Shown here: piece by piece, positions 14,036 to 27,919 of the stretch
How the letters are laid out: each line of letters opens with the position of its first letter
Position numbering within the stretch: position 1 is the first letter of the stretch
Assembly (NCBI GenBank): GCA_950097015.1
Contig: CATNEN010000012.1
Location: 3,224,001-3,288,000 of the forward strand
Length of the DNA: 64,000 nt
Direction of reading: 5' to 3'
Source of the DNA: Macrostomum hystrix
Taxonomy: Eukaryota; Animalia; Platyhelminthes
Notes under the pieces: model-generated
Database searches by the model: none
Told to the model about the DNA's origin: nothing
What the model saw: the letters and a program-made list of their open reading frames with translations, nothing else
Position numbers and translations under genes: made by a program

Positions 14036-17000
14036 TTATACCGGCTTGTAGTCCAGCTTGGTCTCCAGCTTTTTCGTGTCGGCAATTTTGCGCACAGCCT
14101 TCATAAAGTCCTCCTCAATGACATAGTCCCGCTCTGCCCGGATGGCGAACATGCCGGCCTCTGTGCAGACGTTGCGCAAATCGGCCCCATTAAAACCGTC
14201 GCTGAGTTTCACAACGGCCTCCCAGTCAACTTCGCCGTGCTTGGCGATGGGGCCGGAGTGAATCTTGAGGATGTCCAAACGGCCCAGTTCGTTAGGCAGG
14301 GGAATTTCAACTTTGCGGTCTAGCCGGCCCGGGCGAAGCAGGGCGGGGTCCAGAGTGTCTGGCCGGTTGGTGGCCATAATGATCTTCACGGCGCCCAGGG
14401 CGTCGAAACCGTCCATCTGGTTCAGCAGCTGCGGTGGATTGGAGAGCGGATGGAGGCGCGTTTGTGAGAGCGGATAGAGGGGCGGATGAAAGAGCGGATG
14501 GTGGGGTGGATGTGCGAGCGGCTGGTGGGGCGGATGGTGGAAGGATGGGAGAGCGGCTGGTGGGGCGGATGGTGGAAGGATGGGAGAGCGGCTGGTGGGG
14601 CGGATGGTGGAAGGATGGGAGAGCGGCTGGTAGGGCGGATGGTGGAAGGATGGGAGAGCGGCTGGTGGGGCGGATGGTGGAAGGATGGGAGAGCGGCTGG
14701 TGGGGCGGATGGTGGAAGGATGGGAGAGCGGCTGGTGGGGCGTATGAGAGAGCGGCTATTGGGCCGGATGGTAGAGCGGCTGGTGGGGCGGATGTGAGAG
14801 CGGATGGTGGGGCGGATGTGAGAGCGGATGGTGAGGGGATGTGAGAGCGGATGGTGGGGGGATGTGAGAGCGGATGGTTGGGCAGATGTGAGAGCGGATG
14901 GTCGGGCGAATGGGAGAGCGGATGGTGGGGATGTGAGAGCGGATGGTGGGGGGATGGGAGAGCGGCTGGTGGGGCGGATGTGAGAGCGGATGGTTGGGCA
15001 GATGTGAGAGCGGATGGTCGGGCGAATGGGAGAGCGGATGGTGGGGGGATGAGAGACAGGATGGTGGAGAGAGCTGATGAAAAACCGGTAAGATGGGCGG
15101 ATGAAAAAGCGGATTATCGTCGAACACATCAGGCCTCGTCGGTAATTAAAGAAAATAAATAAAGTGTAACTGCAAAAATAGGAGCCAACCTCCATAAGGG
15201 TTCGCTGGATCTCGCGGTCAGCCGAGGTGCCCTCGCTGAATCGCCGGCCACCGATAGCGTCAATCTCGTCCATGAAGATAATGCATGGCTCGTGTTCGCG
15301 AGCGTAGCCGAACATCTCGCGAATTAGGCGGGCGCTCTCGCCGATGTATTTGTCAACAATTGAGGAGGCCACAACTTTAAGGAATTTGGCGTCGATTGAC
15401 GAGGCAATAGCCCGGGCCAGAAGGGTCTTGCCTTGAGATTGGAGGTACGATTGGCGTTTTTAGCATACTACTAATTAGACGAAAACTAGAAGTAGTATAT
15501 TTCACATTGAATCCAAATTCAGAAATAAATTAGGCAGTTTAGTCCCCCCGGATCACAGCCAGTGCTCACCAGTTCCAGGCGGGCCGTAGAGCAGGCAGCC
15601 CTTCGGCGGCGAGATGCCGACTCGCTGGAATAGCTCGGGATTTATCAGCGGCAATTCGATCACTTCGCGCAGCTCGCGAATCTGATCGGATAGGCCGCCG
15701 ATGCTAGAGTAGGACACGTCGCCTGGATCCTCGGCGCTCATGTTGTACACTAAAGGATCTACTTCGCGTGGCAGACAGCGCATAATGGTCATAGTGGTCA
15801 TGTCCAGAGCCACCCTGGTGCCACTTTTCAGTTTGGCCTTGTCAATGCTGCGCCGGCAGCCAACCAGGTAGCGGGGCCCATTGGTGGCTTTCACTATGAA
15901 CTTCTCTTCGTGCAGCTGGCGCAGCACCTCGCCGACAATCTGGCCGACACTCTGCAGAGCTTTTAGCGCATCCTCGGACTTGTCAAACTCTTTAGTTAGG
16001 TCACGTAGCTTCTCGCGGGCTGGTGTGAGATTGTGAAATAGAGATACAACATGAGCACAGCATTTGCTTGCAAAACAATAGACTTTATTGAAACCAGCAA
16101 ACATTGCACTGATTGTTATCGGGTCCATGAGACTTGCCCGCAGGAGATTTGCCAGCCGAGGTTTGCCCGCAGAGATTTGCCCGCAGTGCATTCTGCCCGC
16201 AGGAGATTTTCCCGTCGAGATTTGCCAGCAGTGCATTCTCCCCGCAGAGATTTTCCCGCAATGCAGTTTTAATCTTGCAAAAATCGACTTATACTTATCG
16301 AAATTATTTACCTGCCAGATTTCAACCGTGTGAATCTGAAATTCTTACTGCCGCAAATGCATAAGATATTTCTTTGGCATTCCGCAGACACCTCAAATTT
16401 CCTTTCCGCTAAATTACTGTAGCCTGTTCTATAATATTTTGTAGCAGCAATTTTTTGCTGGTGCCTGGTGGTAGGGATGGTAAAATCCCGGCTAGTTTCC
16501 AATCCCAGGATTGTCGGGTTCGGGATATTCCTGTCCAACTCCCATAAAATCCCCAGCATTTTCAGTCCCAGCAAATGCCGAAAAATTGAAAATCCCGCTG
16601 AATGGTGGGCAATTTTAAGTCCTGGGATTGGAATTCCAGGTGCTTGCTCTCAAATCCCGGTCCCAGTATTGGAATCTCTAGGTGTTGGAGCGCTGTCTGT
16701 TTCAAAGTCACATGTCAGCCGCCTGGATTTTATCACCTCGATCTACTCAACCACCGAACGACAAATCCAGTAAATAAGCCATGGAGTCCTATATGGTGCA
16801 TGTCGGGGACCCCACGACATTTTATAATCTGGCCCTTACATAGAGTATGAGTATGCAGAGCATTTTCATCTTATGCATTTGCGGCAGTAAGAGTTTCAGA
16901 TTCACACGGTTGAAATCTGGCAGGTAAAAAAAATTGATAAGTATAAGTCGATTTTTGCAAGATTAAAACTGCATTGCGAGAAAATCTCTGTGTGCAAATC

Positions 17001-18899
17001 TCGACGGGAAAATCTCTGCAGGCAAATCTCGACGGGCAAATCTCGGCGGGCAGTTCACCTGTGGGCAAGTCTCGTGCTCCCATTGTTATCAATCTGTAGC
17101 AGATCCTAGGTTCACAATAGTTCTGGATACAAGCAATTTTGGCAACAAACAAAAAAGGCAGTAGCAACAATGGCAACATAAAAAATGTATGTATGAAATG
17201 GTGACAGTTTAGAAGTTCATGTAGTAAGAAATATTGCAAGGTTTATCAAGTAGAATACTTGACATTAAGTAGAACAAAGGAAAGCTAAAAGGAAATAATT
17301 TCATAAATACTTAAAACAAACCTAACGCTTTCACATTGTCATTTTAATAAAGCATAATTTATGTTACAATTTCTAAGTTTACAGTCTAATATCTTTGGTA
17401 AGATCATTTATTATACATGTAAAACATGAAAAACATTGCTTTGGTAAGTGCTGCCATTCTGCACATTTTGTCAATAATGTGGTCAGCAACCATTGTTTTC
17501 AGTGCTCCAGGAGTCCAGGGCATCTAGCCAGGATTGCTAACAATACATAAATAATCTAACCCTCCCTGTCCCTCCTGCCCCTTTTTTATCTCTTTCTTTC
17601 ATGTCATAAAAAGGCAACAGTGTTCTACTTACCAAAGCAAAGTATTATATGTTTTACATGATTAGTCAATTTTCCTGCCAAAGATTGCAAAATATTAGAC
17701 TGCAAACTTAAAAAAGCAAAAAAATTACAAGTGCAAAATAATTCATTCCCCATTCTTCCAAAGAATGTCTTCACCAAAGACATAATGACACACTGCAATA
17801 TCATTCAAAACCCCCGCAAGTGCAAGTATTTTGCCATAGACATCCATGCACTGCCACATTATTTGAAACTTGTGCAAGTTTAACTATTTACTTGTTAAAC
17901 TGTTGAAAGTATTTAATAATAATAATAATAAGGAAGTGCTTATTCCCACGGTCCCGTGCCAATAATTTCTGCTTATCCACATGGCAGCTTGTATGAATAG
18001 GTCTACAACTCTTTATATTTGCTGTGCCATTAATTTTTAATTTTATCCACACGGATCTGTGCCGATAATTCTCTGCCTGTCCACACGGCAGCTTGTTTTG
18101 CCAATGACTTTAAGAACTTAAGGCAATATTTTACAGGAACTGTGTAGCAATTTTCATGTGCTATATACAACTGGTCATACATGTTTTCCAGAACCTGCAG
18201 TTACCTGTAGTAGGGCCTCTTTTAATTACGAGCAATGCACATGTTAAATTTTGAATAATCATTAATTTTGTAAAGTATGTAACATTGCTAACAATCACAT
18301 GAAGAATTGCGCTGACATATGATGCACATACACAAATGATACTACTGACTTGTTACCGTACAAAAATAAGGTTTCAGAAACCTGACGAAAGCATGTTAAC
18401 TAGTTCCGCACTTTCCTCGGCGAATCTTTACAATTGTGTGTCCTTCGGACTTAGGCATTAAATTCTTGAGAGTTAAAACAGTGTCCCAATGCTTTTGCTG
18501 GACAATTTTCTTAGTTGTAGACCTATTCATACAAGCTGCCATGAGGATAAGCAGAAAATTATTGGCACGGATCCATGTGGATAAAATTGAAATTATAGGC
18601 ACGGGACTGTGGGAATAAGCTCTGCCTAATAATAAAGGTTTCACAAAATAATATAATTTGGTTTCAGGATGGAGGATTTTTAGCCTCAGTTTACCCAAAA
18701 AATAAGTAATAAATATTCAAGATACAATTATGAAACAATTTTTATAAAAGTGACCACTTGCCACTGCCGTTGCCTTACCATCTTTAAGTTTTGCCTCTAG
18801 TTCACGATGCTCCATCAATTTCTTTCGATAGTCTGACAACGTTTTCTCCCTAAGGGAAACTCCTACTTGAACTTCCTGGGGACCTGCAGCTTGAATCAT
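14036..18899 (-). CDS. PSMC6: 26S proteasome regulatory AAA-ATPase Rpt4 (subunit 10B), 4 exons, ~401 aa
   Basis: Exons 18899-18779, 16019-15570, 15431-15190, 14428-14036, all GT-AG and phase-compatible. [11 protein letters not shown], Walker A GPPGTGKT, Walker [31 protein letters not shown]-terminal [10 protein letters not shown]. Confidence 0.97.
14430..15080. repeat. G-rich (plus strand) degenerate tandem repeats filling Rpt4 intron 3
   Basis: Direct reading (GGGCGGATGGTGGAAGGATGGGAGAGCGGCT). Confidence 0.9.
16121..17081. mobile_element. Non-autonomous Mutator-like (MULE) element with ~245-bp TIRs in Rpt4 intron 1
   Basis: 16121-16368 is the reverse complement of 16868-17081; GGG..CCC termini; exact 9-bp TSD ATTGTTATC at 16112-16120 and 17082-17090. 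Confidence 0.88.
17939..18620. mobile_element. MITE-like element with ~70-110 bp inverted termini in Rpt4 intron 1
   Basis: GCTTATTCCCAC..GGCAGCTTGTATGAATAGGTCTACAACT at 17939-18011 is the reverse complement of 18512-18620; TSD ambiguous in a TAA-rich flank. Confidence 0.7.
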
Positions 18900-19467
18900 T
18901 TTAGCTGTCACTTATATCCAACTGTAAATATACTTTCTAGTGCTGAAATAGTTGAAAATCGGGTAGTTTCAAGATAGGCTTCAAAAATTATGGGAATTCA
19001 ACATGCAGCTAGCCTATTAAGACAAAAAATACTAAAGACAGTAGGATACCACAAAGACACGAGCAGAAAAATTTCTCGGTAACTATTAAATGCAACCCAG
19101 CTTGTTGAAGAAAATTCTGTTAATCAAATTTGAGTATGTGCGTGCGTGTGCGTAGCCGAAAAGTATATTTCTAGTAAAGTCGCGGTGCATTTCTCAGCAG
19201 ATTTTAAAATCTAGACAGCTTTATTTTTTTCGATATGTTAATCTGATTTATATTAAAAACAAAACTTTTCTAGACTTAAATTAAACGTTTTTATGATATA
19301 ATGGTGGAGTTAAAAGTATACTTGGTTTTACTTTTTTGTACATTTTCCGGTGTTCTTAATTTTTTAAAAGACGGGTAGAAAGCCTCCTTTGATATTGTAT
19401 CCAGCCCTAATAATACTATCTTGCGCTAGAAAATATTTTATAAGTAAGTTTTTTGTGTCATTTTGTG

Positions 19468-19500
19468 TTCCGGTTTCCGGTTTCGAAATGTTCCGGTTTA
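19468..19500 (-). promoter_or_regulatory. Cluster of CCGGAA(A) ETS-like motifs ~570 bp upstream of Rpt4 ATG
   Basis: TTCCGGTTTCCGGTTTCGAAATGTTCCGGTTT; function not demonstrated. Confidence 0.25.
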
Positions 19501-21565
19501 AAAATATTATATTCGAACTACGCGAAACAACAGCTTGGTTGTTGAGCTAAATTGTGGTTGACCTGCACATGTTGAACAAAAGTCCAGAACCATACTGAAT
19601 TATAACTATATTTATGACTATATACGCAATTCAATAATATGGATTTGAATGCATCTGAATCTAGGCATACTTTAGCTTTTTAAGGAAGTTAATTAGACAA
19701 ACGTTTAGACGCTGAATTTTGTAATTGCCAAATAACGTACATTCCAAAGCGCTAACAATTGTAACAGGCCTCCTTGTCAAAACATTTAAATAATCGAATT
19801 GTTTTATCTAATGCAATATACCAAAATATCTCAGAATATTATTCTGTTATCAAACTCGTGCCCAAAGTTGTTTAATCCGCGAAATATCATGCTAAGTTCA
19901 AATTCGTTCTAAAAATATCATTTAATATTAATTAGTGTGTTCGTTTTAATGCACAATAAATAGACGAGAATTTCGAACCAACCCTTGTCTGACTTTGGCA
20001 GCCTTGTCTCGACTTATAATCCTGTGAATTACAAGCGATTATTGAAGCATTGAACTGTATGTAGATAGTTCAAGAGTTAGTTATTCAGCCGTGACCCTCC
20101 AAATCATTGTTGGGGTTTAAAACCAGGACTCAGTGCCTTGTTATAAACCGCTCGAGCCGAGTGAGCATTGAACTGCTAAGATCAGGGACTAAGCAAGGAG
20201 AAACGCTACCGCAGTATAAATGCTAATTAACTTAGAGAAGTTGGCTGAATCATCCAACCCGCTACGGCGTGAGAGAAGCAATAAACTTAACTTAATTAGA
20301 CATTACAGTGTACTATAATCCTCAGACGATAAAAGTCACAGCAACTTTAGTGACACTAGTGGGATATTAAATAAGCACTATAGAACAACTTAGGTGGCAT
20401 CAGTATAGGATTAAATAATAGTGACCAGAAAGAGGAGAGGAAAGACCGGAACACAATTTAGCTGCTTCATTTTACATATTTCAGATATAATATTTGCGCT
20501 AATTACGCTCAAGCAACTTTAACATATTACTGCTCTTATTTAATAATCCGCATTTCAAATACGAATTGTATTCATGCGATACTGCGAATGCTAAATGCAT
20601 GCATCGATTAAAGAATAAAAGCACAATTTATTTTATTATTTCATAGTTAAAGAACAAAGAAGAAAACTTTAAGGATCTCATCAAAGTGCATGGGATTAGA
20701 TAAATCGAGATACTTCCGATTGTGCAAATGTGTTGTCTTTTAAATTTCTCAACGTGTTTGCAGTCTCTATATTACCCAACTCAATTGATTTCAGCATCAT
20801 ACTACCATACTATCAGTCACGGTTATAACTCTACAGAATCTCAATCGTGAAAACCGATAAATTTCTTCGTACATGTACTCTTAAATAGTTACTTTTCAAA
20901 ATCAAATTTGCCCGAGCCAATCAAATTCAGTCTTCAGGTCTCATGCAGAATGCTTATGCTTGGCAACATAAATTAACAGGCCGGCCAGAAACAAATGTGA
21001 CGAAGCTTTAGCTGGTAGCTCGTATAATGTGAATACTTCACCAATCAATCAACATATCATGTACATGCACAAGAAATCGCACGTACGCACAATAATTAAC
21101 ATTTTAACGCAAATTCACATTGAATTCTATCTACTCTATACGAATTCAAATGTATTGTGCATTCCCTTGGATATGTGTCATGTTTGACATTGATTGAGCA
21201 TGGTTTGAATTGGCTTTTAAACTGCAGCTTAAAATAGAACTTACGTATAAGCATTCGGAGCCTTATTTTAAGCATAAATTCATTGTAAATTACAATGTAC
21301 ATTTAATACCGCGTCAGATTGTACCAGCCTACAGGGGTGACTCACAGTTTCTTGTACAGACGTAGCTATAAATAACTCTGGTACCCATAGCTAGCTTGTT
21401 CGGGTTGGCACAATAAAATTAAAACATTTATGCGTTCATAGTGACAACGATTGTCAGCTATTGCGCAGTCGGGAGCCATTTAAGTCGCTGACTATACTCG
21501 TTAATCATTACTGCATACTATTAGTGCACTAGTGCTATTGTAAAGACCAAAATCTCGACAGAAAG

Positions 21566-22212
21566 ATGCATGAAAATCTCCCAGGTCCTCAGCAATTTTC
21601 AAGATCGCCTTCGCCCAGTGGAGTACTCAGAGCAGGCTTTGCGCAGCAGCAGCGTCTGGTATCTGATGTCGGTGAGCAACGCAGTGCAGGTAAATTTACC
21701 TAATTGGTAATTATAAATCTTTCTGTTTGTCTTCAACAGTATAGATGTCTTCAACGCTATTTTTCCTCTGAGAAAAGAACACGGGCTATTTCAAATACCC
21801 ACTGCCTACTGATCTCGATAGCTCCCAAACCGAATGACCAAACTTTGTTAAAGATGTCTTCAATTATCAATATAGTCCCGGCCAGATAAATTTCAACGGC
21901 CAAAGAAATAAGTTTATCTTGTCTATGGGCCAGTCCAATTGGGGAATAAGCAGCAAGCCTATAAGAGCTGATAATTCGATAAACAAATTGGCAGGAGAAG
22001 TTATTGCCATAGACAGCAATCCTGGTCAATCCGCAACGGTGGAAGCCGCATGGAAACGCTGCGGGCCAACTCTAGTCAACAAACTGGGCTTCCCACCAGA
22101 GCTGGCCAGACAGGCCATCCTGGAGTGCGTCATCTCGCAGGAGCCCCTAACAACTAGCCGGCTGGCCATCCGGACTCAAAAGCTCTGGGATTTGAGCATT
22201 CTTGACAATTAA
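21566..22212 (+). CDS. Small two-exon protein (~107 aa) with C-terminal UBA-like helix motif
   Basis: Exons 21566-21689 (GTAAAT donor, phase 1) and 22013-22212 join in frame; LGFPPELARQAILEC resembles the UBA MGF motif; AATAAA downstream. Confidence 0.6.
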
Positions 22213-22786
22213 AATCGTTTGAGTGACAACGACAGACATAATGAATAAATTGCTGTCGGCTTTTTAATGAAGACTGGCTGAACCTGAGTATACAATAATA
22301 TACAATAAACATATACACATTGCACATGATTTGAATTTAATTAATTTAATACCTTACTGGAGGGAGCTAGTGACCCAGACCAGGAGGTTTTGAGTTCGAT
22401 TCTCAGCCCCGGGTAACGATAAAAATATTTTCAGGGTCGCAGGCAGAGAGACAAACACAGGCGCGCGCTCACACAGGTGTGTACACCTGCCCTTGGCTTT
22501 TCAATTGTCAGGCAGTGTAAGCCCAAGGCATAGTGGGTAGAGGCTAGATCAAACAGGTGCAACAAACATAGAACACGACGCTGGAAAACCTAGATTCGAA
22601 AATTCGTATTGTAAATTAAGTTTGAGATATCTGCGTGTCTCAAACATTATAGGCCCAGCTATCTATCCAACAGTGAAACAATGAAACTAAAAATTATCAT
22701 TTCAGCATCCTTTTGAGCTCGGAGCACAGCCACAGCTATTGCGCGGCGCATCTGAAGGCTGCGTACGGCTGTTCAGTCCATGGACT

Positions 22787-22954
22787 GGGGGAATGCCAAC
22801 CTGAATTACCCCCAGCTAATGCTGATACCCATTTACCAACTGGGTGAACTGAAGCAATGCAGAGTTAATTGACTTGCTAAAGCAAGTCAGGAATCGAACC
22901 CTCGACCTTCTGAAGTCGGGAGTCAGACGCTTTAACGACTGAGCGCCAACCTCC
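22787..22954 (-). mobile_element. tRNA-derived SINE
   Basis: Minus strand: A-box-like TGGCGCTCAGTCG and B-box GGTTCGATTCC, followed by a non-tRNA core CTTCAGTTCACCCAG..TAAATGGGTA. Confidence 0.7.
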
Positions 22955-23594
22955 GTAAATCAGATAAAAAACTCACGAAATCACTGTTGAGTCACTCAGG
23001 CTTATGAGCTATGCATGCATGACTCACAACAAACCTATCCGGAAATTGTTCGTGAGAACCTCCGTAGATAAGGAATTGCGATTTGCTCATGTGCGAAAAC
23101 ACTTCCCTGTTTCGTAGGTGCCACAAATTCCTTTAGTCAGATGCCACGTGACGTTGCCAAAATGATCGCGGCACCTGCAGCTTGTGTGCTCAAGTCCTCA
23201 GACTAAGAGGAGAGGAAGGTGAGGAAGGTATATTTTGGGGATTCTTTTGTCGAAACTACCAAGAGAGAGAGAAAGAATCCCCACAGCTGCTGGTCGAGTA
23301 CAGTATGGGTTGTAATCCAGTCGGGTTGCTAGGGAAATTTGGGGGGGGCGGACACAGCAGGACCGCTAAGGCCTGGAAATGCCTGAAGCTCAGCCACATT
23401 TATTTAACGTCTCTCGGCTCGCTGCGTGCTGGGGAAAGCAAATGTTTGTAATTCAAGCGCGGCTTTCATTGGACAAACTAAAATCGATCGCAATCAAGTC
23501 GCCAATCTAGATCTGGGATCAGTGCTATAACCTTAGACGCGGGCGACTCTGAGAGTTATAGAGGCTGCAAATCCTAAAAGGTTCCAAATAAAAA

Positions 23595-25101
23595 ATGGCA
23601 AACGCAAGCAATTTTCTGCAGAAATTTCGCGACAAAGACACCCGCGCATTCAAGAACTTCACTGCCACCCAGTTCCTGGAGGTTTGGAGCCACTACGATT
23701 TGGACGGCAGTGGCTACATTGAAGGCGGGGAGCTGGACAGTTTCCTCCGCGAGTTCGTCAGCTCCATCATTCCCGGCAAGATTGGCGACGAGGTTGTGTC
23801 AGACAGCGCGTTGAACGACCTCAAGGAGGAGTTCATGCGAGCGTACGATGAGAACGAGGACAACAAAATTGAAATCGGCGAGCTGGCCCAGATGCTGCCG
23901 ACAGAAGAGAACTTTCTGCTGCTCTTCCGACGCAGCAACCCGCTGTCCAGCAGCGTCGAGTTCATCCGGGTCTGGCGCCAGTTCGACAAGGACAGCTCCG
24001 GGCACATCGACGCCGACGAGCTGGACAGCTTCCTGCGCCACATTTTGGGTGACAAGCACAGAGTCAGCGAGGACCAGATGCGGGAGTACCGTGACACCAT
24101 CCTGCGACTCTTTGACAAGTGGGTTGGGCTGCGACTGGCTGCATCAGTCTGGGAGGCAAAACTTACGAAGGCCAACCTCCTAGGCACAGTGAGGGTGTAC
24201 ACAACCTGAGCTCCGGGCCCACATTCCACTGTGGGGTATTTCAAATACCCAATGCCTACTTCACAATAGCTCCCAAATAGTATCTATAAACTGTATTTTT
24301 GTATCTCCTAAAATTTTAAGCCAATCGCCATGAAAATTCATCTCTCGGGCTAAAATTTTCCACTCTATTTAATGAAACAATTTTCAGAATCACAAAACAT
24401 CTGCATCGTAGAGATACTCAATGATTGAGCGTATCTTGTTGCAAAAACCACCAGTACACACATGCTTTTTCTGCTCACAAAATTTTATAATGTAACATGT
24501 CGATTGTTGACCATTTAGGATTAATTTAATAGCAGTTTTTTTCATTTTCAAACCAATATGGATTCACCATCAGTTCGTATCAGTTCATATCAGTGGATAT
24601 CAGTTCGTATGGACTTTCACGAAAATCGGTCATTCGGTTTGGGAGCTATCGTGAAGTAGGGGAAAATAGCGTGATCTTTCTACTGGTAATAAAGAATCGC
24701 AACAAAGACTGCCGCAATCCATCAGGAACGGCGACGGTCAGCTGCAGCTGAGCGAGCTGGCGCGCCTGCTGCCCGTCAAGGACAATTTCCTGGCCAAGCC
24801 GCTGTTGAAGAACGCCGCTCGCCTCACCGGCCTGGAGATCGACCGACTGTTCCGCAAATACGACGCTGACCGGAGCGGCCAGATCGAAGGCGACGAGCTG
24901 GCCGGCCTACTTAAGGACCTCCTGGAGATCACTGGCGAGGACTACGACGAGGCCAAGATGTTGTACTTTCGGGACGTCATCATGGAGCAATGCGATGTTG
25001 ACAAGGACGGCCGGATCGCCAGGGACGAGCTCAAGATGATTCTCATGCAGCACAAGAGAATGGCCGAGGAGCAGGCGGCCACTGAGGGCGGCTGCCAGTG
25101 A
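23595..25101 (+). CDS. Calbindin/calretinin/secretagogin-family hexa-EF-hand protein (~299 aa)
   Basis: Exons 23595-24118 (phase 2) and 24726-25101; EF loops DLDGSGYIEGGE, DENEDNKIEIGE, DKDSSGHIDADE, DKNGDGQLQLSE (across the junction), DADRSGQIEGDE, DVDKDGRIARDE; LPTEENFLL. Confidence 0.95.
24236..24660. mobile_element. MITE-like element in the calbindin intron (family also at ~21785, ~44244, ~57290-57570)
   Basis: Inverted termini CCTACTTCACAATAGCTCCCAAA / TTTGGGAGCTATCGTGAAGTAGG plus palindrome GGTATTTCAAATACC; internal sequence shared with the other copies. Confidence 0.8.
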
Positions 25102-25264
25102 GAACTGTGCTCACCCGGGGGTGGACTCAGGTTAATCTGAGCTTGTCGCAAGACCAGAACATTGCATGCCACGAGTGTCGCGTGCTCGATCCAAAAGTCC
25201 CAATCTCAATTCCAATTCAAATCCCAAAAATACAACTAGGCGAGGTTCAAATTAAACGAACTTC

Positions 25265-25720
25265 CCAACTAGCCATGAATTTCCCGATCAGCCAAAATTC
25301 CTAATTAGACAAATTTCTCTTATTGGCCAAATTTCCCAACTAGCCACGAATTTCCCAAGTAACCAAATTTCCCAATCAGCCAAAATTCCCGATTAGCCAA
25401 ATTTCCTAATTAGACAAACTTCTCTTATTACCCAAATTTCCCAATTAGCCAAATTGCCCAATTAGCCAAATTTCCCAATTAGCCAAATTTCCCAATTAGC
25501 CAAATTGCCCAATTAGCCAAATTTCCCAATTAGCCAAATTTCCCAATTAGCCAAATTGCCCAATTAGCCAAATTTCCCAATCAGCCAAATTTCCCAATTA
25601 GCCAAATTTCCCAATTAGCCAAATTTCCCAATTAGCCAAATTGCCCAATTAGCCAAATTGCCCAATTAGCCAAATTTCCCAATTAGCCAAATTGCCCAAT
25701 CAGCCAAATTTCCCAAGTAG
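25265..25720. repeat. 17-bp minisatellite AATTAGCCAAATTTCCC
   Basis: Direct reading. Confidence 0.95.
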
Positions 25721-26249
25721 TGTTTCGAATGAGTATTAGTAGGGGTGAAAATGGAAGTATGGGGTGGGTGTCGCGGCCCTCTGTCCAAGGACTGGGCCGC
25801 GTACACAGTCACGTACACAGGAAGTGCTGCACATTAACTTCGACTGTGCCACATCTGGCCCAGCTGGGTTAAATGTGATTTCTATTTATCAATAAAAACC
25901 ATGATCAAAACATTCAGACACTTAATTAACTACTATTTTGTTACACTTTGTTATAATTAAGCTATAGCATTATTTCTAATTTTTTTATAAAACATAACTA
26001 CTATATATTGGACTGTAAAATTAAGTACATGGTACCATGTGGTGCTGGGTTGCTGCATTCTATTTTGCAGAATACACATTTAGGTAATAACTCTTTTTTT
26101 CTGCCGTATTTTTTATTATTGCTTTTGTGTATTTCTTCCTTTACTTTTAGTTCACAGTCGTCGACCACTACTTAAAGTAATTTATAAGGTACATGAAAAT
26201 AATCTCAATATCTGAGACACAAAAATAAACAGGTAGAGATGAGAATACA

Positions 26250-26810
26250 GGGGAGAGATGAGATAGGGAAGAGGTGAGGCATGGGAGAGATGAGACAGTG
26301 GAGAGATGAGACAGTGGAGAGATGAGACAGTGGAGAGATGAGACAGGGGAGAGATGAGACAGGGGAGAGATGAGACAGGGAGAGATGAGACAGTGGAAAG
26401 ATGAGACCGGGGAGAGATGAGACAGGGAGAGATGAGACAGGGAGAGATGAGACAGGGAGAGATGAGACAGGGAGAGATGAGACAGGGAGAGATGAGACAG
26501 GGAGAGATGAGACAGGGAGAGATGAGACAGGGAGAGATGAGACAGGGAGAGATGAGACGGGAGAGATGAGGCATGGGAGAGATGAGACAGGGAGAGATGA
26601 GACAGGGAGAGATGAGACAGGGAGAGATGAGGCATGGGAGAGATGAGACAGGGAGAGATGAGGCATGGGAGAGATGAGACAGGGAGAGATGAGACAGGGA
26701 GAGATGAGACAGGGAGAGATGAGACAGGGAGAGATGAGACAGGGAGAGATGAGGCATGGGAGAGATGAGACAGGGGAGAGATGAGACAGGGAGAGATGAG
26801 AGAAGAGGGG
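26250..26810. repeat. Purine-rich ~15-bp GAGATGAGACAGGGA array
   Basis: Direct reading. Confidence 0.95.
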
Positions 26811-27419
26811 ACCAGAGGTCTAATAGACTCAGGAGATTTACGGTTCGGACCTGGCTGTCGGCCCTGTCGGCACCAGTTATTTACTAGTAGTAGTTCCAGC
26901 CTCATTGCCTGGCAATAAACAATGATTTCTTTGGGAAGAAGCAATCAGATTTTATTTTAGATTTTCACTTACTAGGAAACATGGTTATTTAGTCTCCTCC
27001 AGTTATTTCGCAAGCCTGGACCCGCCATTCATATTGTATGAACCTTTCTACTTTAAGTTGAACACATTAGAAAAATTTGAGTTAATTCAACTGAATACAC
27101 AAGGTAAATAGTTTACAACAATAAACTATTAAGCAAAGGAATTAAATGGAATTACAATGCCGCAAGCAGTAGCTCGTACCACAGAAGTACAACATTAAAG
27201 AAAACAAGCATGCCATTTCTTAATTACATTTGACAAGCGCTTCGCCTGTCATTAAATTGATATGTATGAGCTATATAGACAGCTAACAAATCTAAGTGCA
27301 CAGTATTGATTTCAAAAGCAGTTTTGCCGACGAAACTCAAAGAACACTAGCTCAAAATTGACCAGTCTTCCAAAGTCTATAGCTGTCCAGTCCGTGGACT
27401 GAAAGTTTCTACACAAGCT

Positions 27420-27530
27420 GATGCTGGTACCCATGCATTTTAAAGCTTGGGTGAAGTGTCTTGCTCAAGGGCGCAAAAAGTCTCCCTTGAACGGCGATTC
27501 GAACCCATGACCTTTCAGTCAGAGGTCCAA
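27420..27530 (-). mobile_element. Truncated tRNA-derived SINE with V-domain-like core
   Basis: Minus strand GGTTCGAATC B-box followed by CCCTTGAGCAAGACACTT. Confidence 0.55.
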
Positions 27531-27622
27531 AACAAAAAATCACTATACCGGCTACAAGCTTCGTTACGAACTAAAAAACAAGCATTAGGACTGTATGCAA
27601 CAGTCGACGCACGAAGCTCTAT

Positions 27623-27919
<297 letters not shown>

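Noticed and set aside
16020-16236. N-terminal extension of the Rpt4 ORF 15553-16236
   Set aside because: Intronic, MULE-derived sequence; the true exon starts at 16019
20056-20307. Possible solo LTR (TGT..ACA, TATAAA, AATAAA)
   Set aside because: No target-site duplication found
22358-22420. tRNA gene (GTTCGATTC B-box)
   Set aside because: No cloverleaf; at most a SINE fragment
26168-26944. SHLSL / RDETG ORFs, and equivalents at 32-33 kb, 53.6-59.5 kb and 61.6-63.6 kb
   Set aside because: Repeat-derived pseudo-ORFs
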